A DNA stretch of 64,000 nt from a virus, in IMG/VR virus record IMGVR_UViG_3300046665_000229, positions 1 through 64,000 of that record; one strand, given 5' to 3'. Made by a program: the position numbers and the translations under genes. The notes beneath the pieces are model-generated. The model did no database searches and was not told the origin of the DNA. It worked only from the letters and a program-made list of their open reading frames with translations. Below, in pieces: positions 26,570-36,740 of this stretch. Within the stretch, counting starts at the first letter, position 1. Each line of letters opens with the position of its first letter.

Positions 26570-28581
26570 TGCCCCTCGACCTTCGCTACTATCAACGCGA
26601 CGCCTGCGATGCGCCCTACGCCTATTGGGAGAAGAAGCCCGAAGGCAACCCGCTGATCGTCATCCCGACCGGCGGTGGCAAGGCGCTCATTCTCTGCACC
26701 ATCACGCAAGAGTTCATCGAGATCGAACTGACGACGCGCGTCCTCATGGCAACGCACGTCAAAGAACTGGTCGCGCAGAACTATGCCGAGTTGATGGGTA
26801 TGTGGCCCTTCGCACCGGCTGGCGTCTACTCGGCCTCGCTGAAGCGTCGCGAGGCGCACGCGCAAATCCTATTCGGCGGCATCCAGTCGATGTATCGCCA
26901 TGCGCAGCGCATCGGCCACGTCGATATCATGATGATCGATGAAGCGCAGCTTGTCCCGCCGGACGAAGCCGCGATGTATAATCAGTTCATCAAGGCGATG
27001 CGCGAGATCAATCCGAAGATGTTGATCCTCGGCCTGACCGCGACGCCGTACCGGATCGATTCCGGTATGCTGACCGATGGCGACGAAGCACTCTTCGACG
27101 ACATCATTTACGAAATCTCGATCTCCGAACTGATCGACAAAGGCTACCTCTGCCCTCTGATCACGAAGGCGACCTCGACCGTCATCGATCTGAAGGGCGT
27201 CGGCCGAACGAAGGGTGACTTTAAGCCAGGTCAACTTCAGTTGGCCGCTGACAAGCATCCGATCACTGCCGGCGCGGTGGACGAGATCATTGCCTATGCC
27301 ACCAGCAACGAAGACCCGCGTCGGTCATGGCTCGCGTTCTGCACTGGCGTCGATCATGCCCTCCATGTCCGCGATGAAATCCGCTCGCGCGGTTTTTCTT
27401 GCGAGGCGATCCACGGCGACACGGACGAGAAGGATCGCGACCGTTGGATCGAAGAGTTCAAGCAGGGCAAGATCACCTGTCTGACCAACGCGAACGTGCT
27501 GACGACTGGCTTCAACGCTCCGCGTGTTGACCTGATCGCCATGCTGCGGCCGACCGAGTCCACTGCGCTCTATGTGCAGATGGTCGGTCGTGGCACCCGC
27601 TGCATCGGCAAAGACATTGAAGAGTCCATCGCGAACGGCAAGCACAACTGCCTTGTGCTCGACTTCGCCGGCAACATTCGCCGTCATGGTCCGGTGGATC
27701 GTGTCACGGTGCGTAAGCCCGGCAAGGGCGGTGGCGAGGCTCCCGTGAAGGAATGCCCGAACTGCCGCTCGATGATCTTCGCCGGCCTCTCGGATTGCCC
27801 TGACTGCGGCTTTCACTTCGAGCGCGATGTCGAGAAGAACATCAAGCAGACGGCCGACTCCGCACCGATCATTGCCGGTGGCAAGGCCGCTGCTACGCCG
27901 ACGTGGGTGCCTGTCAGGAAGCGCACGATGTATCGCCACGATAAGCCCGGCGGCACGCCGAGCATTCGCGTCGAATATATGTGCGGCATGGTCGTGCATA
28001 AGGAATGGATTTGTCCCGAGCATAAGGGCTACGCACGCATCCTCTTCGAGAAGTGGTGGAAGAAGCACGGCGGCGGTGATGACGCTCCGAACACGATCAC
28101 TGACGCCTTTGCCGCTGCGAATGACCTCATGCAGTGCGCCGAGATCGCCATCAAGCCGAACGGCAAGCATTGGGAGATCACCGGCCACAAGCTCGCGCCT
28201 GCTGACCCGTCGTTGCCTGCGGCAGTTATCGTACCGCCGAAGCCTTCTATCGATGAGATCATTGCGCGCAACTACGAACTCAACGGCAAGCCGGATGCAG
28301 CTAAGGCGCATCGTGAAGCCGCAGCGGAGCGCGCACGCGCCGCGAAGCCTGTCGCCGCGACCACGACCATGCCCGGCATTAAGCAGGCTGCGGCAACGCC
28401 GCCTAACGCAATGCCGGGTCGCGTCACTCGCGCTTCGGTGACGCAACTCTCGACTAATGGCGGTGTCTCGCCTTGGGGCCAAGCGCAGAAGGCGGCGCGT
28501 GCAGCCACCAATGCGCCGCGTCCGTGGAACGCGCAGATCACGCCGGCAATCAACGACATGGATGACGAGATTCCGTTCTGA
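26569..28581 (+). CDS. superfamily-2 DEAD/DEAH-box helicase with C-terminal zinc ribbon
   Basis: Walker A PTGGGKA, DEAQ box, LTATPYR, QMVGRGTR; CPNC...CPDC. Confidence 0.85.
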   Translation: MPLDLRYYQRDACDAPYAYWEKKPEGNPLIVIPTGGGKALILCTITQEFIEIELTTRVLMATHVKELVAQNYAELMGMWPFAPAGVYSASLKRREAHAQILFGGIQSMYRHAQRIGHVDIMMIDEAQLVPPDEAAMYNQFIKAMREINPKMLILGLTATPYRIDSGMLTDGDEALFDDIIYEISISELIDKGYLCPLITKATSTVIDLKGVGRTKGDFKPGQLQLAADKHPITAGAVDEIIAYATSNEDPRRSWLAFCTGVDHALHVRDEIRSRGFSCEAIHGDTDEKDRDRWIEEFKQGKITCLTNANVLTTGFNAPRVDLIAMLRPTESTALYVQMVGRGTRCIGKDIEESIANGKHNCLVLDFAGNIRRHGPVDRVTVRKPGKGGGEAPVKECPNCRSMIFAGLSDCPDCGFHFERDVEKNIKQTADSAPIIAGGKAAATPTWVPVRKRTMYRHDKPGGTPSIRVEYMCGMVVHKEWICPEHKGYARILFEKWWKKHGGGDDAPNTITDAFAAANDLMQCAEIAIKPNGKHWEITGHKLAPADPSLPAAVIVPPKPSIDEIIARNYELNGKPDAAKAHREAAAERARAAKPVAATTTMPGIKQAAATPPNAMPGRVTRASVTQLSTNGGVSPWGQAQKAARAATNAPRPWNAQITPAINDMDDEIPF

Positions 28582-28588
28582 GGGGGAC

Positions 28589-28858
28589 ATGGGGATGTCT
28601 AAGCACTTCGATAAATCGCTTCGGCGCAATGAAAGCTACCAAAAGCTGTCCGTGTTCCTGACCACGGAGGGCTACCCGTTTGAGCCCGTCCACGGCGGCA
28701 AACACCCGTATCTTCTGATCGACCTCAAGCAAGGGTCGAAGGTGCGCTTCTATTTTCCTTCGAGCGCCGGTGATCACCGCGCGGCCGACAACGCGCTGTC
28801 GCAGATCAAGAGGCTCATTCGCAACCGGCTGGGAGGCCACAACTATCATGGCGCGTAA
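28589..28858 (+). CDS. hypothetical protein
   Basis: RBS GAGGGGGA; 89 aa. Confidence 0.35.
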   Translation: MGMSKHFDKSLRRNESYQKLSVFLTTEGYPFEPVHGGKHPYLLIDLKQGSKVRFYFPSSAGDHRAADNALSQIKRLIRNRLGGHNYHGA

Positions 28859-29204
28859 GTTTGACGGCGTACCCGTGTGCTGCGGTGTCTGTCAGCGGCA
28901 AGCCGCTGGCGTTGGCTATGTGCCGCCGAAGAAGGACGGGCCGATCCTGTGGCTCTGCAAGAATGAAGATTGTCTGGAACTTGGAAGGCACGTTTTCCAC
29001 ATGACTCAAAGCAAGCTCTCTTTCCACGAACGTAACTCACTGATCGATGCTGGCAGCGAAGCCGGCGCTTATCTTGAGCAGCTTGGCAAGTTCGACCTGG
29101 CTGAACTCTCCGAGTCCGAATGGTTCAACTTCCTGACCATCGTCCTCACGAAATACGGCGAGCAGATGCGCTCCCGCCTTCTCGCTCACGCCGCACCGTT
29201 CTGA
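28848..29204 (+). CDS. zinc-ribbon hypothetical protein
   Basis: CCGVCQ...C..EDC. Confidence 0.35.
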   Translation: MARKFDGVPVCCGVCQRQAAGVGYVPPKKDGPILWLCKNEDCLELGRHVFHMTQSKLSFHERNSLIDAGSEAGAYLEQLGKFDLAELSESEWFNFLTIVLTKYGEQMRSRLLAHAAPF

Positions 29205-29210
29205 GGTATT

Positions 29211-31775
29211 ATGTCTGAAGCACCGTTCTCACTAACTGGCCCCGCCCTCTACGCGCTCGGCTACAATCCCATCCCGATCACGCCCGGCGACAAGAAGCCC
29301 GGCGTCATGATCGATGGCGAGTGGCGTCTGTTTAGGGGTTGGAACCAATATTGCGTCTCGCGCCCGAGCCAGTTCCAGATCGACCAATGGGCGAAGTATC
29401 CAATGGCCGGCGTTGGCGCTGCCTGCGGTCAGGGATTGATCTGCATCGATATCGACATCGAAGATGCGGTCGGCCCGCTGCTCGAAATCCTGCCGCTGTC
29501 GAATGTCCAGAAGAAGGGCAAGAAGGGCGTCTCGCTCTTCTATCGCGGCAACACGGAGGTCATTCGCTCGAAGAACTTCCGCACGCCCGAGCGCGTCGGT
29601 CTCGTTGACCTGCTCGCCGAAGGTAAGCAGACCGTCTTGCCGCCCTCGATCCATCCTGACACGGGCGAACCGTATGTCTGGCTGACGCCGGACACGCTGC
29701 TCAACTGCCCGCTCGATGACCTGACCGAGCTCGACGACGACATTGCCGAGCAGATCGCGGAAGTGCTGCGTGAGTTCGGCTACGATCCCGAGCGAGACCG
29801 GGTCGAAGAGCGCGTCACGGCCGGCGACATCCCTGAGACCTCGCTGTCCAACACCAGCGACTTCTTCCGCAAGCTCAATGAAGACGCGCTGGCGAACCTT
29901 CATGCGTGGGTGCCGAAACTCGGCCTGCCGAAGTGCCGTTGCCATTTCGGGAACAACTATCGCGCCGTGCCCGACTGGCGTTCGTCCGGCTCTGGCCGAC
30001 CCATTGCGCAGCGTTCGCCTAACCTTTCGTTCGCCAAGGGCGGTATCGAAGACTTCGGTACTGGCGAGAAGTTCACGGCGCTCAACGTCGTGATGAAGGT
30101 CATGAAGATCGGCGACAACGAGCGCGACGCTGCCGTGCAATGGCTGGGCGCAAATCTTGGCTATGACTTCGGCGTGCAGATCGACCTTCGCAATCGGAAG
30201 CGCGAAGCGAACGACCTTGCGAAGGCTGCTGAGCGCATTACGCCTCTGCCCGAGCGGATCATCCATGTCTCGACGCCGACGCACGCTGAGCGTCCGCTGC
30301 CGTTCCGTGCGCCTATTGAAGCCGAGTACCATAAGGACGAAGTCGCCGACGACGGGATCACGATCAAGAAGCCGGTCTATGACCCTCCGAAGCGTGGAAA
30401 TCTGACTGGCATTCTCGCGCCCGCCCCTGTCGCAGATCCTTCGAGCCAGGGCGAACAGGGTCCGCCCGACGATCCGATCCCCGAAGAGATGGGCACCGAC
30501 GATCAGCCGGTGGTCGCCCCGACCCGCGAAGAGCTTGAAGAGCACTGCGCGTACATCCCCGGCGATGGCCTGATCAGTGAGATGGTGGACTGGATTGCCG
30601 GCTCTTCGGATCGTCCGTCGCGTCCCCTCGCCATCGGCGCGTCGTTGGCGTTCCTTGGCACGCTGGCTGGCCGGCACCACGAAGGGCCGACGCATCTGCG
30701 CACCAACCTTTACATCTGCGGTCTGGCTGAATCGGGCTTCGGCAAGGATCACAGCCGCGACATGATCCTTGAACTGGCGCAGAAGGCGGGCCTTCATACG
30801 AACTACATTGGGCCGGAAGACTTCCTGTCGGACTCGGCGCTGCGCAAGTCGATCGAGCGGCGACCGTCCCTGCTTTCGGTCATGGACGAGCTTGGCGGCT
30901 TCATCAACAAGATCATGGACCGTCGTGCCGGCGCGCATCAGTCGGCCATCCGCCAGATGTTGCTCAAGCTCTTCACGCAGGCGAAGTCGTCGTATGGCGG
31001 CACCGAAGGCGCGCAGGAACAGGCCACGCCGATCTTCAACCCGAACTTCTCGATCTTCGGCCTCTCGACGATGACTGACTTCTGGCCGGCGATGTCCAGC
31101 CGGGGCATCGGCGACGGCTTCCTGCCGCGTTGGCTGGTCATCACGATCCAAGGCAAGAAGCCCAAGAAGGTCGCGCCGACGCACAGCCGCGTGCCGCCTG
31201 ATCGCCTTGTCGAGTGGTGTCGGGCCGTTGTTAACCTGTCGCGGAAGGGCAACCTCCCCGACTCGTCTGCGCGCCCCGTGGTGCCGCTCCAAGCGGGCTG
31301 GGGGAAGGATGCGGAAGCCTGCTACGAATGGCACCGTGAACTGTTTGAGCGGCGTGGTCACGCCATGAAGAACGAGATGTCGGCGCTTTGGACGCGCACG
31401 ATGGAGATCGCGCTTCGCATCGCTCATATCATCGCGATTGGCGTTAACCCTGAATACCCGGTGATCACCGAAGAGATTCTGCTTTGGTCGATCAAGCTGG
31501 TCGAAATGTCGGTGCGCTCTTGCCTCGTTGAAGTCGCCGACCGTCTGGCTTCGACCGATAAGCAGGCCGAGTATCTGAAGGTGCGCCGCATGATCAAGGA
31601 GACCGGCAAGGATGGCATCTCGGATCGCAAGCTGAAGGCGCAGATCAATGGCGAGTTTGACCTGGCTCGCCTCGGCTCGATCCTGACGCAGCTTCAGGAG
31701 TCCGGCTCTATCGAGCGGCAGCACAAGTCGGCTGCATCCGGCGGTCGGCCGTCGTGGCGGTGGGTGGCGCTGTGA
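29211..31775 (+). CDS. primase-polymerase N-terminal domain fused to P-loop (D5/P4-alpha/VirE-like) helicase
   Basis: 854 aa; N-terminal bifunctional primase/polymerase-like region; Walker A GLAESGFGKD and Walker B SVMDELG in C-terminal half. Confidence 0.7.
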   Translation: MSEAPFSLTGPALYALGYNPIPITPGDKKPGVMIDGEWRLFRGWNQYCVSRPSQFQIDQWAKYPMAGVGAACGQGLICIDIDIEDAVGPLLEILPLSNVQKKGKKGVSLFYRGNTEVIRSKNFRTPERVGLVDLLAEGKQTVLPPSIHPDTGEPYVWLTPDTLLNCPLDDLTELDDDIAEQIAEVLREFGYDPERDRVEERVTAGDIPETSLSNTSDFFRKLNEDALANLHAWVPKLGLPKCRCHFGNNYRAVPDWRSSGSGRPIAQRSPNLSFAKGGIEDFGTGEKFTALNVVMKVMKIGDNERDAAVQWLGANLGYDFGVQIDLRNRKREANDLAKAAERITPLPERIIHVSTPTHAERPLPFRAPIEAEYHKDEVADDGITIKKPVYDPPKRGNLTGILAPAPVADPSSQGEQGPPDDPIPEEMGTDDQPVVAPTREELEEHCAYIPGDGLISEMVDWIAGSSDRPSRPLAIGASLAFLGTLAGRHHEGPTHLRTNLYICGLAESGFGKDHSRDMILELAQKAGLHTNYIGPEDFLSDSALRKSIERRPSLLSVMDELGGFINKIMDRRAGAHQSAIRQMLLKLFTQAKSSYGGTEGAQEQATPIFNPNFSIFGLSTMTDFWPAMSSRGIGDGFLPRWLVITIQGKKPKKVAPTHSRVPPDRLVEWCRAVVNLSRKGNLPDSSARPVVPLQAGWGKDAEACYEWHRELFERRGHAMKNEMSALWTRTMEIALRIAHIIAIGVNPEYPVITEEILLWSIKLVEMSVRSCLVEVADRLASTDKQAEYLKVRRMIKETGKDGISDRKLKAQINGEFDLARLGSILTQLQESGSIERQHKSAASGGRPSWRWVAL

Positions 31776-31796
31776 GCGCCATCCATCATCAAGGCA

Positions 31797-31835
31797 ACAA
31801 AAAAGCCCGCTGCGAAGCGGGCTTTGTCATATTTG
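31797..31835. terminator. bidirectional intrinsic terminator AAAAAAGCCCGCUGCGAAGCGGGCUUUGUCAUAUUUGU
   Basis: Seen directly between convergent genes. Confidence 0.55.
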
Positions 31836-31852
31836 TAGACGCATCGCGACGA

Positions 31853-32266
31853 CTAGCCGTCATTCGGAACGTATCCGGCGGAGAAGGTCTGCATCCGAAT
31901 GGCTTCGGGCGACACATGCTGCACCGGCTTGATCGTCTTCATCACATCTTCAAAGCGAGCAGAAGACTCCTGAATGCCCGCAAGCGGCTCCTTGCCACTA
32001 GCAACAGTCGAGCGAAGAGTGTCAGCACTGGCCAACGCCACGAATGCCAAAGTCAGTCCGCCCAAGAACGCGCCGCTGAGCCGCGTCAAGTTCGGACCAC
32101 GTTTAGATGCTGCTAAGATATGTAACGCCTCGACTACGATAGCCTTGTCGGTTGGCCCCAAATACGCCTCGTCACCGCTGCTCAATTCGACCGCGAGCGC
32201 GAGCGCGTCTCCCCGTTTAGTCACGATTGATGGTCCTTTCTGGCCGGATAATGCCCTATCCGACAT
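31853..32266 (-). CDS. hypothetical protein
   Basis: ORF with GC3 bias. Confidence 0.3.
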   Translation of the reverse strand: MSDRALSGQKGPSIVTKRGDALALAVELSSGDEAYLGPTDKAIVVEALHILAASKRGPNLTRLSGAFLGGLTLAFVALASADTLRSTVASGKEPLAGIQESSARFEDVMKTIKPVQHVSPEAIRMQTFSAGYVPNDG

Positions 32267-32485
32267 ATTACCCAGCGTGTGATGCTCTCGCTGGGACACC
32301 GTTTTCTGTCGGTATGCGCGAATGTCTATGTGTTGCTTGGTTGTGGCGTCAACTGGATTTATTGGTCCGCGAAAACAAAGTCCGAAATAGTTCCCGACTA
32401 TTTGTATAGACCTTTAAGACACTGCAAGACCGCGCGTTTCCAGAGCGCGGTCTATTAGCTTTAGTACAAAGGCAACTACATTTTC

Positions 32486-32914
32486 TCACTCGAATTGGTG
32501 ATGCAGTTTTGCCTCACGCAGAACCTTGCTCCCGTACTGCGTGCAGGAAAGCCGACCATAGAGCCCCTTCTGGTAAAGGCTGATGCCAGGGCAACCGGAA
32601 CCGCCACGCGAGATCGCTGCACGCAGGTAGCGCATGCCAGCTTCGAGGCCAGTCCGGCAGTCGTACAGGTTCCCGTTCACGCCAACACTACGCGCGGTGG
32701 CCGGCTTGACCTGCATGATGCCGCGCTCGCCGTGTGATCCGGTCAGATGGCAATTGTAGCGGCTCTCGACCTTAACGACGCCGTGCGCGATGGCGCGAGG
32801 TACGCCATAAGAGTCGGCGACGGAACTGACCATCGAGCGGATGTCAGAGGCGGATGCAGGCAAGGCAGTGGCGATCACGCTCGCGAATGCGAGCGCGCTG
32901 ATAAGGCGCTTCAT
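32486..32914 (-). CDS. lytic transglycosylase (SLT domain) with signal peptide
   Basis: Signal peptide; VESRYN ... GIMQV ... catalytic region. Confidence 0.75.
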   Translation of the reverse strand: MKRLISALAFASVIATALPASASDIRSMVSSVADSYGVPRAIAHGVVKVESRYNCHLTGSHGERGIMQVKPATARSVGVNGNLYDCRTGLEAGMRYLRAAISRGGSGCPGISLYQKGLYGRLSCTQYGSKVLREAKLHHQFE

Positions 32915-32926
32915 GTTCCAGTTCCT

Positions 32927-33271
32927 TTAGGCCGCTATTGCTTCACATTCGAAGCGGGCCTTGTCTCGGCGACGTTGGTTCTCTTTGTGCGTCACCAGTT
33001 CCAGATGATCCGCATTCACGCATCGGCGAGTGCGGCAGAGATGATCGAGTTGCTTGCGAGGCGGGATGGGACCGTGTTCCAAGACGAACATCACGATATG
33101 GACGGCCATAGTGCCTCCATCGAGATTCATTCTCGGATAGTCCTTCCCCCGCCCCGAGCTTCCCGACGTGGGTCCAAGCCAGATGTGGCATGGAGTGTCG
33201 AGCACCGTTCCTTGAACGACCTCGACGCGAGCCATGACTTTCTCTCGGATGCGGTCACGTCGCGAGGTCAT
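32927..33271 (-). CDS. HNH endonuclease
   Basis: DHLCRTRRCVNADHLELVTHKENQ HNH motif. Confidence 0.6.
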   Translation of the reverse strand: MTSRRDRIREKVMARVEVVQGTVLDTPCHIWLGPTSGSSGRGKDYPRMNLDGGTMAVHIVMFVLEHGPIPPRKQLDHLCRTRRCVNADHLELVTHKENQRRRDKARFECEAIAA

Positions 33272-33392
33272 TCGGGTAGCTCCAAGGTATCGAACAGCGC
33301 AAGCGGTCGCCCCATGCGCAGCCAAATCTTCAGCCTGTACTTCCCAAGCAGATAGATGTGACGCGCCCTCATGTGCTCGTTGTATTGCTCGG

Positions 33393-33608
33393 TCATTCGG
33401 ATAGCCCCAGCGCCTTCTCGATGCGCTCGATGCGCTCGAAGAACTCGTCGATTGGGAATTGACGCTCTTCCGGCTCAACTTCGCGGACATAGTCGCAGCC
33501 GGGCTCATACTTCCCGCCCGAGCAGTATTGTTCGCCGTGCATCACTTCGCGGATGGTCGGGGAGTCCATTCCCCGACTACACTTCGGACAGTATCGCCAC
33601 GCACCCAT
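33393..33608 (-). CDS. small zinc-ribbon protein
   Basis: CPKC...C..GC. Confidence 0.3.
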   Translation of the reverse strand: MGAWRYCPKCSRGMDSPTIREVMHGEQYCSGGKYEPGCDYVREVEPEERQFPIDEFFERIERIEKALGLSE

Positions 33609-33609
33609 G

Positions 33610-33849
33610 TCAGCGGCTCTCGACGACGCGCTGATAGTCAGTGCCATCGGCGCGCTGCACGGTCTGGCGTAGGGTGCCGGGAGGCCACTCGGACTGCTCG
33701 ATGACCTTCTCGTTGTCCCAAGGCATCTTTGGCATCGACGGCTTCGGTCGCGCTTCCGACTTATCGAGGATGCGATCCTGTCGCGCGAGACCGGCCATAG
33801 CGGCACTTGTGCGGGCGGCGTGCTTCCATCCACCATGCGACTTCTTCAT
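33610..33849 (-). CDS. hypothetical protein
   Basis: ORF in leftward small-gene operon. Confidence 0.25.
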   Translation of the reverse strand: MKKSHGGWKHAARTSAAMAGLARQDRILDKSEARPKPSMPKMPWDNEKVIEQSEWPPGTLRQTVQRADGTDYQRVVESR

Positions 33850-34061
33850 CGTGCTTGCCTCCGCTTAAACGCCTCAAGCTCATAGGCGCGGTTGTTGGGC
33901 GTATCGGCGATATAGCCGTCCATGCGCGATGACGCGTGGCGGCGAACGCCGTTCTCGATCCATGAGTGCAGAAGGTTCGTGTAGGTGTAGCCACCATCAC
34001 GAACGCCATGCACGATCTTGATAGTCACGTCACTGAGGACGCGTTTCGGAGCGGTGATCAT
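33846..34061 (-). CDS. hypothetical protein
   Basis: ORF in operon. Confidence 0.25.
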   Translation of the reverse strand: MITAPKRVLSDVTIKIVHGVRDGGYTYTNLLHSWIENGVRRHASSRMDGYIADTPNNRAYELEAFKRRQAR

Positions 34062-34063
34062 GG

Positions 34064-34402
34064 CTACAGCGCGTCCGCCTGACGAAGCATCTGCTGCGCG
34101 ATGCGCGTTGCGTCCTGCATCGGGGGCTCGCCTCGCCACGGTTCTGCGCCGGCAAACGTCTGCTCGACCTTGCGTGGCTCGACCGTGACGCCAAGCTGAG
34201 ACAGCTTAAAGTTCGTCGCCAAGACCTGCCCTTCGAGGCGTTCGTCCATAGTGACACGGAGCATGTGAGCGATGTCTTCCGGCACCTTGATCTCGCCGGC
34301 ATTCATTTCCTTGGTGGCGCGCAACGCCTTGCGGATTGCGATCAGCGTGTCGCGGCGTTCGATGACCTTATTGATGGCCTTGATGTCGTCGAGATGCAGC
34401 AT
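34064..34402 (-). CDS. hypothetical protein
   Basis: 112 aa ORF. Confidence 0.3.
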   Translation of the reverse strand: MLHLDDIKAINKVIERRDTLIAIRKALRATKEMNAGEIKVPEDIAHMLRVTMDERLEGQVLATNFKLSQLGVTVEPRKVEQTFAGAEPWRGEPPMQDATRIAQQMLRQADAL

Positions 34403-34404
34403 GA

Positions 34405-34659
34405 TCAGACCTCGCCCTGGCTCGCAGTGACGCCGAGCGCGAGCAGCTTTTCGTCGATGACGGCGATCTGCTGGCGGATGACTGCCGCGACCTCTGGCAT
34501 GATCCGCGCGATCAACGTCGGATGCAGGTGCGTCTCGTTGTGAGCCGTGTCGCCGATGATCATCTTCGGATGATTTCCATCCGCGATTTTCAAGAGCGAT
34601 CCGTGATAGTCGCGATCCCTGATCAGGTCGCGGACCTTATCGAAATTCTCAAGCTTCAT
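34405..34659 (-). CDS. hypothetical protein
   Basis: ORF. Confidence 0.3.
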   Translation of the reverse strand: MKLENFDKVRDLIRDRDYHGSLLKIADGNHPKMIIGDTAHNETHLHPTLIARIMPEVAAVIRQQIAVIDEKLLALGVTASQGEV

Positions 34660-34918
34660 TGTTAGTCTCCCCGAAGAGGTCCCCAAGTTGGTCGATCATG
34701 TAGAAGTCGCGGAAGGTGCTGCGCGGCAGGTCTTCAGCGTTCACTTCCACCATCCCCGGAGGAAGCGGACGCTCGTTATCGACTTCGAGGGCGATGCCCG
34801 TCATGGCGATATTGCCGTCGCGCAGAAAGCAGTGGTCATAGCCAGCGGCCCGCAGGTCGTTGGCGATCTCGTTGAAGGTCGATTGCGACACGCGCATTTT
34901 GACGAGCGTGTGGGTCAT
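34649..34918 (-). CDS. hypothetical protein
   Basis: ORF. Confidence 0.3.
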   Translation of the reverse strand: MTHTLVKMRVSQSTFNEIANDLRAAGYDHCFLRDGNIAMTGIALEVDNERPLPPGMVEVNAEDLPRSTFRDFYMIDQLGDLFGETNNEA

Positions 34919-35442
34919 TACGCGGCCAGCCTCGGTTTTGCCTTGGCCTCGCGGTCGAAGACATCGCGAGCCATCTTCTCACTACAGAAATTGCCGATGA
35001 CTTCGCTCGCCTTGCGTCCCTTGCACAGTGCGGCCATCCAATTGCCGGACGTTCGAACCTGCGCGACGGTGCAATCGCGAAGTTCCTTGCCGTTGGGCAT
35101 AGTGAGCGCGAGCAATGAAAGCTGTTGGATGCGAGCACTTGCTGCACGGCCGAACTCTTCGGTGCGCTTCTTCGCCTCGACGCGCTGCGTTGCCGTCACC
35201 TTCGGGATGTTCGTCTTCTTGCCCTGGCGCACGCTTTGGACAGAAGTCGAGCCGTTGCCGTAGCGCACGATCTCAAGCTGGCGAATGTGGTTGTCGAACC
35301 AATAGGTGAAGATCGCCTTCGCGTAGGGGCCGGTCAGGCCGAACAGTGCGAACGCCGCTTCTTCGTGGTCGGCGCGCGAACCATTCGGATTGTTCTTCAC
35401 GATCATCTTCAGATCGTCGAAGGGATACTTAATCTTAGCCAT
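34918..35442 (-). CDS. hypothetical protein
   Basis: 174 aa ORF. Confidence 0.35.
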   Translation of the reverse strand: MAKIKYPFDDLKMIVKNNPNGSRADHEEAAFALFGLTGPYAKAIFTYWFDNHIRQLEIVRYGNGSTSVQSVRQGKKTNIPKVTATQRVEAKKRTEEFGRAASARIQQLSLLALTMPNGKELRDCTVAQVRTSGNWMAALCKGRKASEVIGNFCSEKMARDVFDREAKAKPRLAA

Positions 35443-36013
35443 TGAGCAGTTCCTTCATTCCAAGGTCGATAATCATTCGGTATGCGGTGGTCACTTGCGA
35501 CTCGTCTCGCGGGTTGGTGAAGACAGTCGGGTACTGCGTGCGCAGGACCGCGAATGCTTTGCGCCGTCGTCGGTTTGACTTTTGGACGAGCGCGCTGTGA
35601 TGTTGTGGCCTCGCCTCTCTTCGCTTACGGCACTCCGCTGCGTTTTTGTCTGGATTGGCAGCGCGTTCCCGTTGGCTTTTTTCGCGTGATAGCTTGCGAT
35701 ACGATTCCGGGTCTTTCGCTCGCCACTTCTTGCATTTTTCGCGGTTCTGTTCAGGATTGCGCCAATACTTTTCGCGCGCCCTCATACGCTCCATCTGTGC
35801 GCTGCATTCACGCGAGCACACCTTCATGTTCATCCGGGTCTCGAATGAGTTTCCGCAGGCGGCACATGCAATTATCGGTCGCGGCAAAGCGGCCTGTTCT
35901 ACATTCCACGCCTCGGTCCTTTTGCGCGAACGGGCCAACTGGCATTTTGCAGAGCAAAGCTTCCGCGCCTTGTGGTGCGGCACGAAATGCTCGTTGCATT
36001 CGATGCACTTCAT
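35435..36013 (-). CDS. Cys-rich, highly basic zinc-ribbon protein (nucleic-acid binding candidate)
   Basis: Multiple CxxC pairs, Arg/Lys-rich C-terminal half. Confidence 0.4.
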   Translation of the reverse strand: MKCIECNEHFVPHHKARKLCSAKCQLARSRKRTEAWNVEQAALPRPIIACAACGNSFETRMNMKVCSRECSAQMERMRAREKYWRNPEQNREKCKKWRAKDPESYRKLSREKSQRERAANPDKNAAECRKRREARPQHHSALVQKSNRRRRKAFAVLRTQYPTVFTNPRDESQVTTAYRMIIDLGMKELLNG

Positions 36014-36489
36014 GATCCATCTCCGACGCGGATCGCCTTGCGCAGCATATCGATGCGCTTGTCACGGTCGGCGAGTTCGACCTGAAGCGCGAGATGCCAA
36101 GTGATCGCGGTCTTCACGCGCTCTTCGAGGGTTTTGCCCGGTACGTCGCCGAGCAGAGCCATCGCATTATCGATCTGCTTCCGCTCGTCAGGCATGACCC
36201 AATCCACGTCGCCGTAGTCGAGGCCGAGTGCCGCCATGATCGCGTAGCAACGGTGTTTCCAAGAATCTTGCGTCTCGGACGCTGCTTGCTGCGCGTTGTC
36301 GATCATGGTTTGCAGACCGCCGACGTGCGCGTGAACGGCAGCATCGGTGAAGCTGGCAATTTCTTTCGCCAAGTCCTGACGCTCGGCCTCGACGTAGGCC
36401 AGCCCCATCGCCTTCTGCCGCTCGTCAGCGCGAGCGACATACTTGCGGTCGATGAAGGCTTGCGCCTGTACGAGCAGGAAATCGGTCAT
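36010..36489 (-). CDS. hypothetical protein
   Basis: 159 aa ORF. Confidence 0.35.
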   Translation of the reverse strand: MTDFLLVQAQAFIDRKYVARADERQKAMGLAYVEAERQDLAKEIASFTDAAVHAHVGGLQTMIDNAQQAASETQDSWKHRCYAIMAALGLDYGDVDWVMPDERKQIDNAMALLGDVPGKTLEERVKTAITWHLALQVELADRDKRIDMLRKAIRVGDGS

Positions 36490-36737
36490 GACTCGCTGAC
36501 CTCGAACTTAAGCGTGACGTTGATCAACGCTTCGACCTTCGGGCCGCCGCATCCCGCAGCGGTAGAAGCCGCCAAGATCGCGCCGATGATCGCGCCCGCA
36601 TCGTCAGGGTGGAAGCACAGGTCATTCACGTCACCGTGCTCGGTGGTGAAGAGCATCTGGACAAGCGGCGTGGCCTTGTCGGGATCGCCGCCGCTGTCGC
36701 CGTAACCGTGGACGGTCAGCTTCGTTGCGCGCGACAT
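36486..36737 (-). CDS. hypothetical protein
   Basis: 83 aa ORF. Confidence 0.3.
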   Translation of the reverse strand: MSRATKLTVHGYGDSGGDPDKATPLVQMLFTTEHGDVNDLCFHPDDAGAIIGAILAASTAAGCGGPKVEALINVTLKFEVSES

Positions 36738-36740
36738 GGC

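Noticed and set aside
29232-31724. 830-aa minus-strand ORF mirroring the primase/helicase gene
   Set aside because: Spurious antisense ORF. The plus-strand product has Walker A/B motifs and a primase domain.
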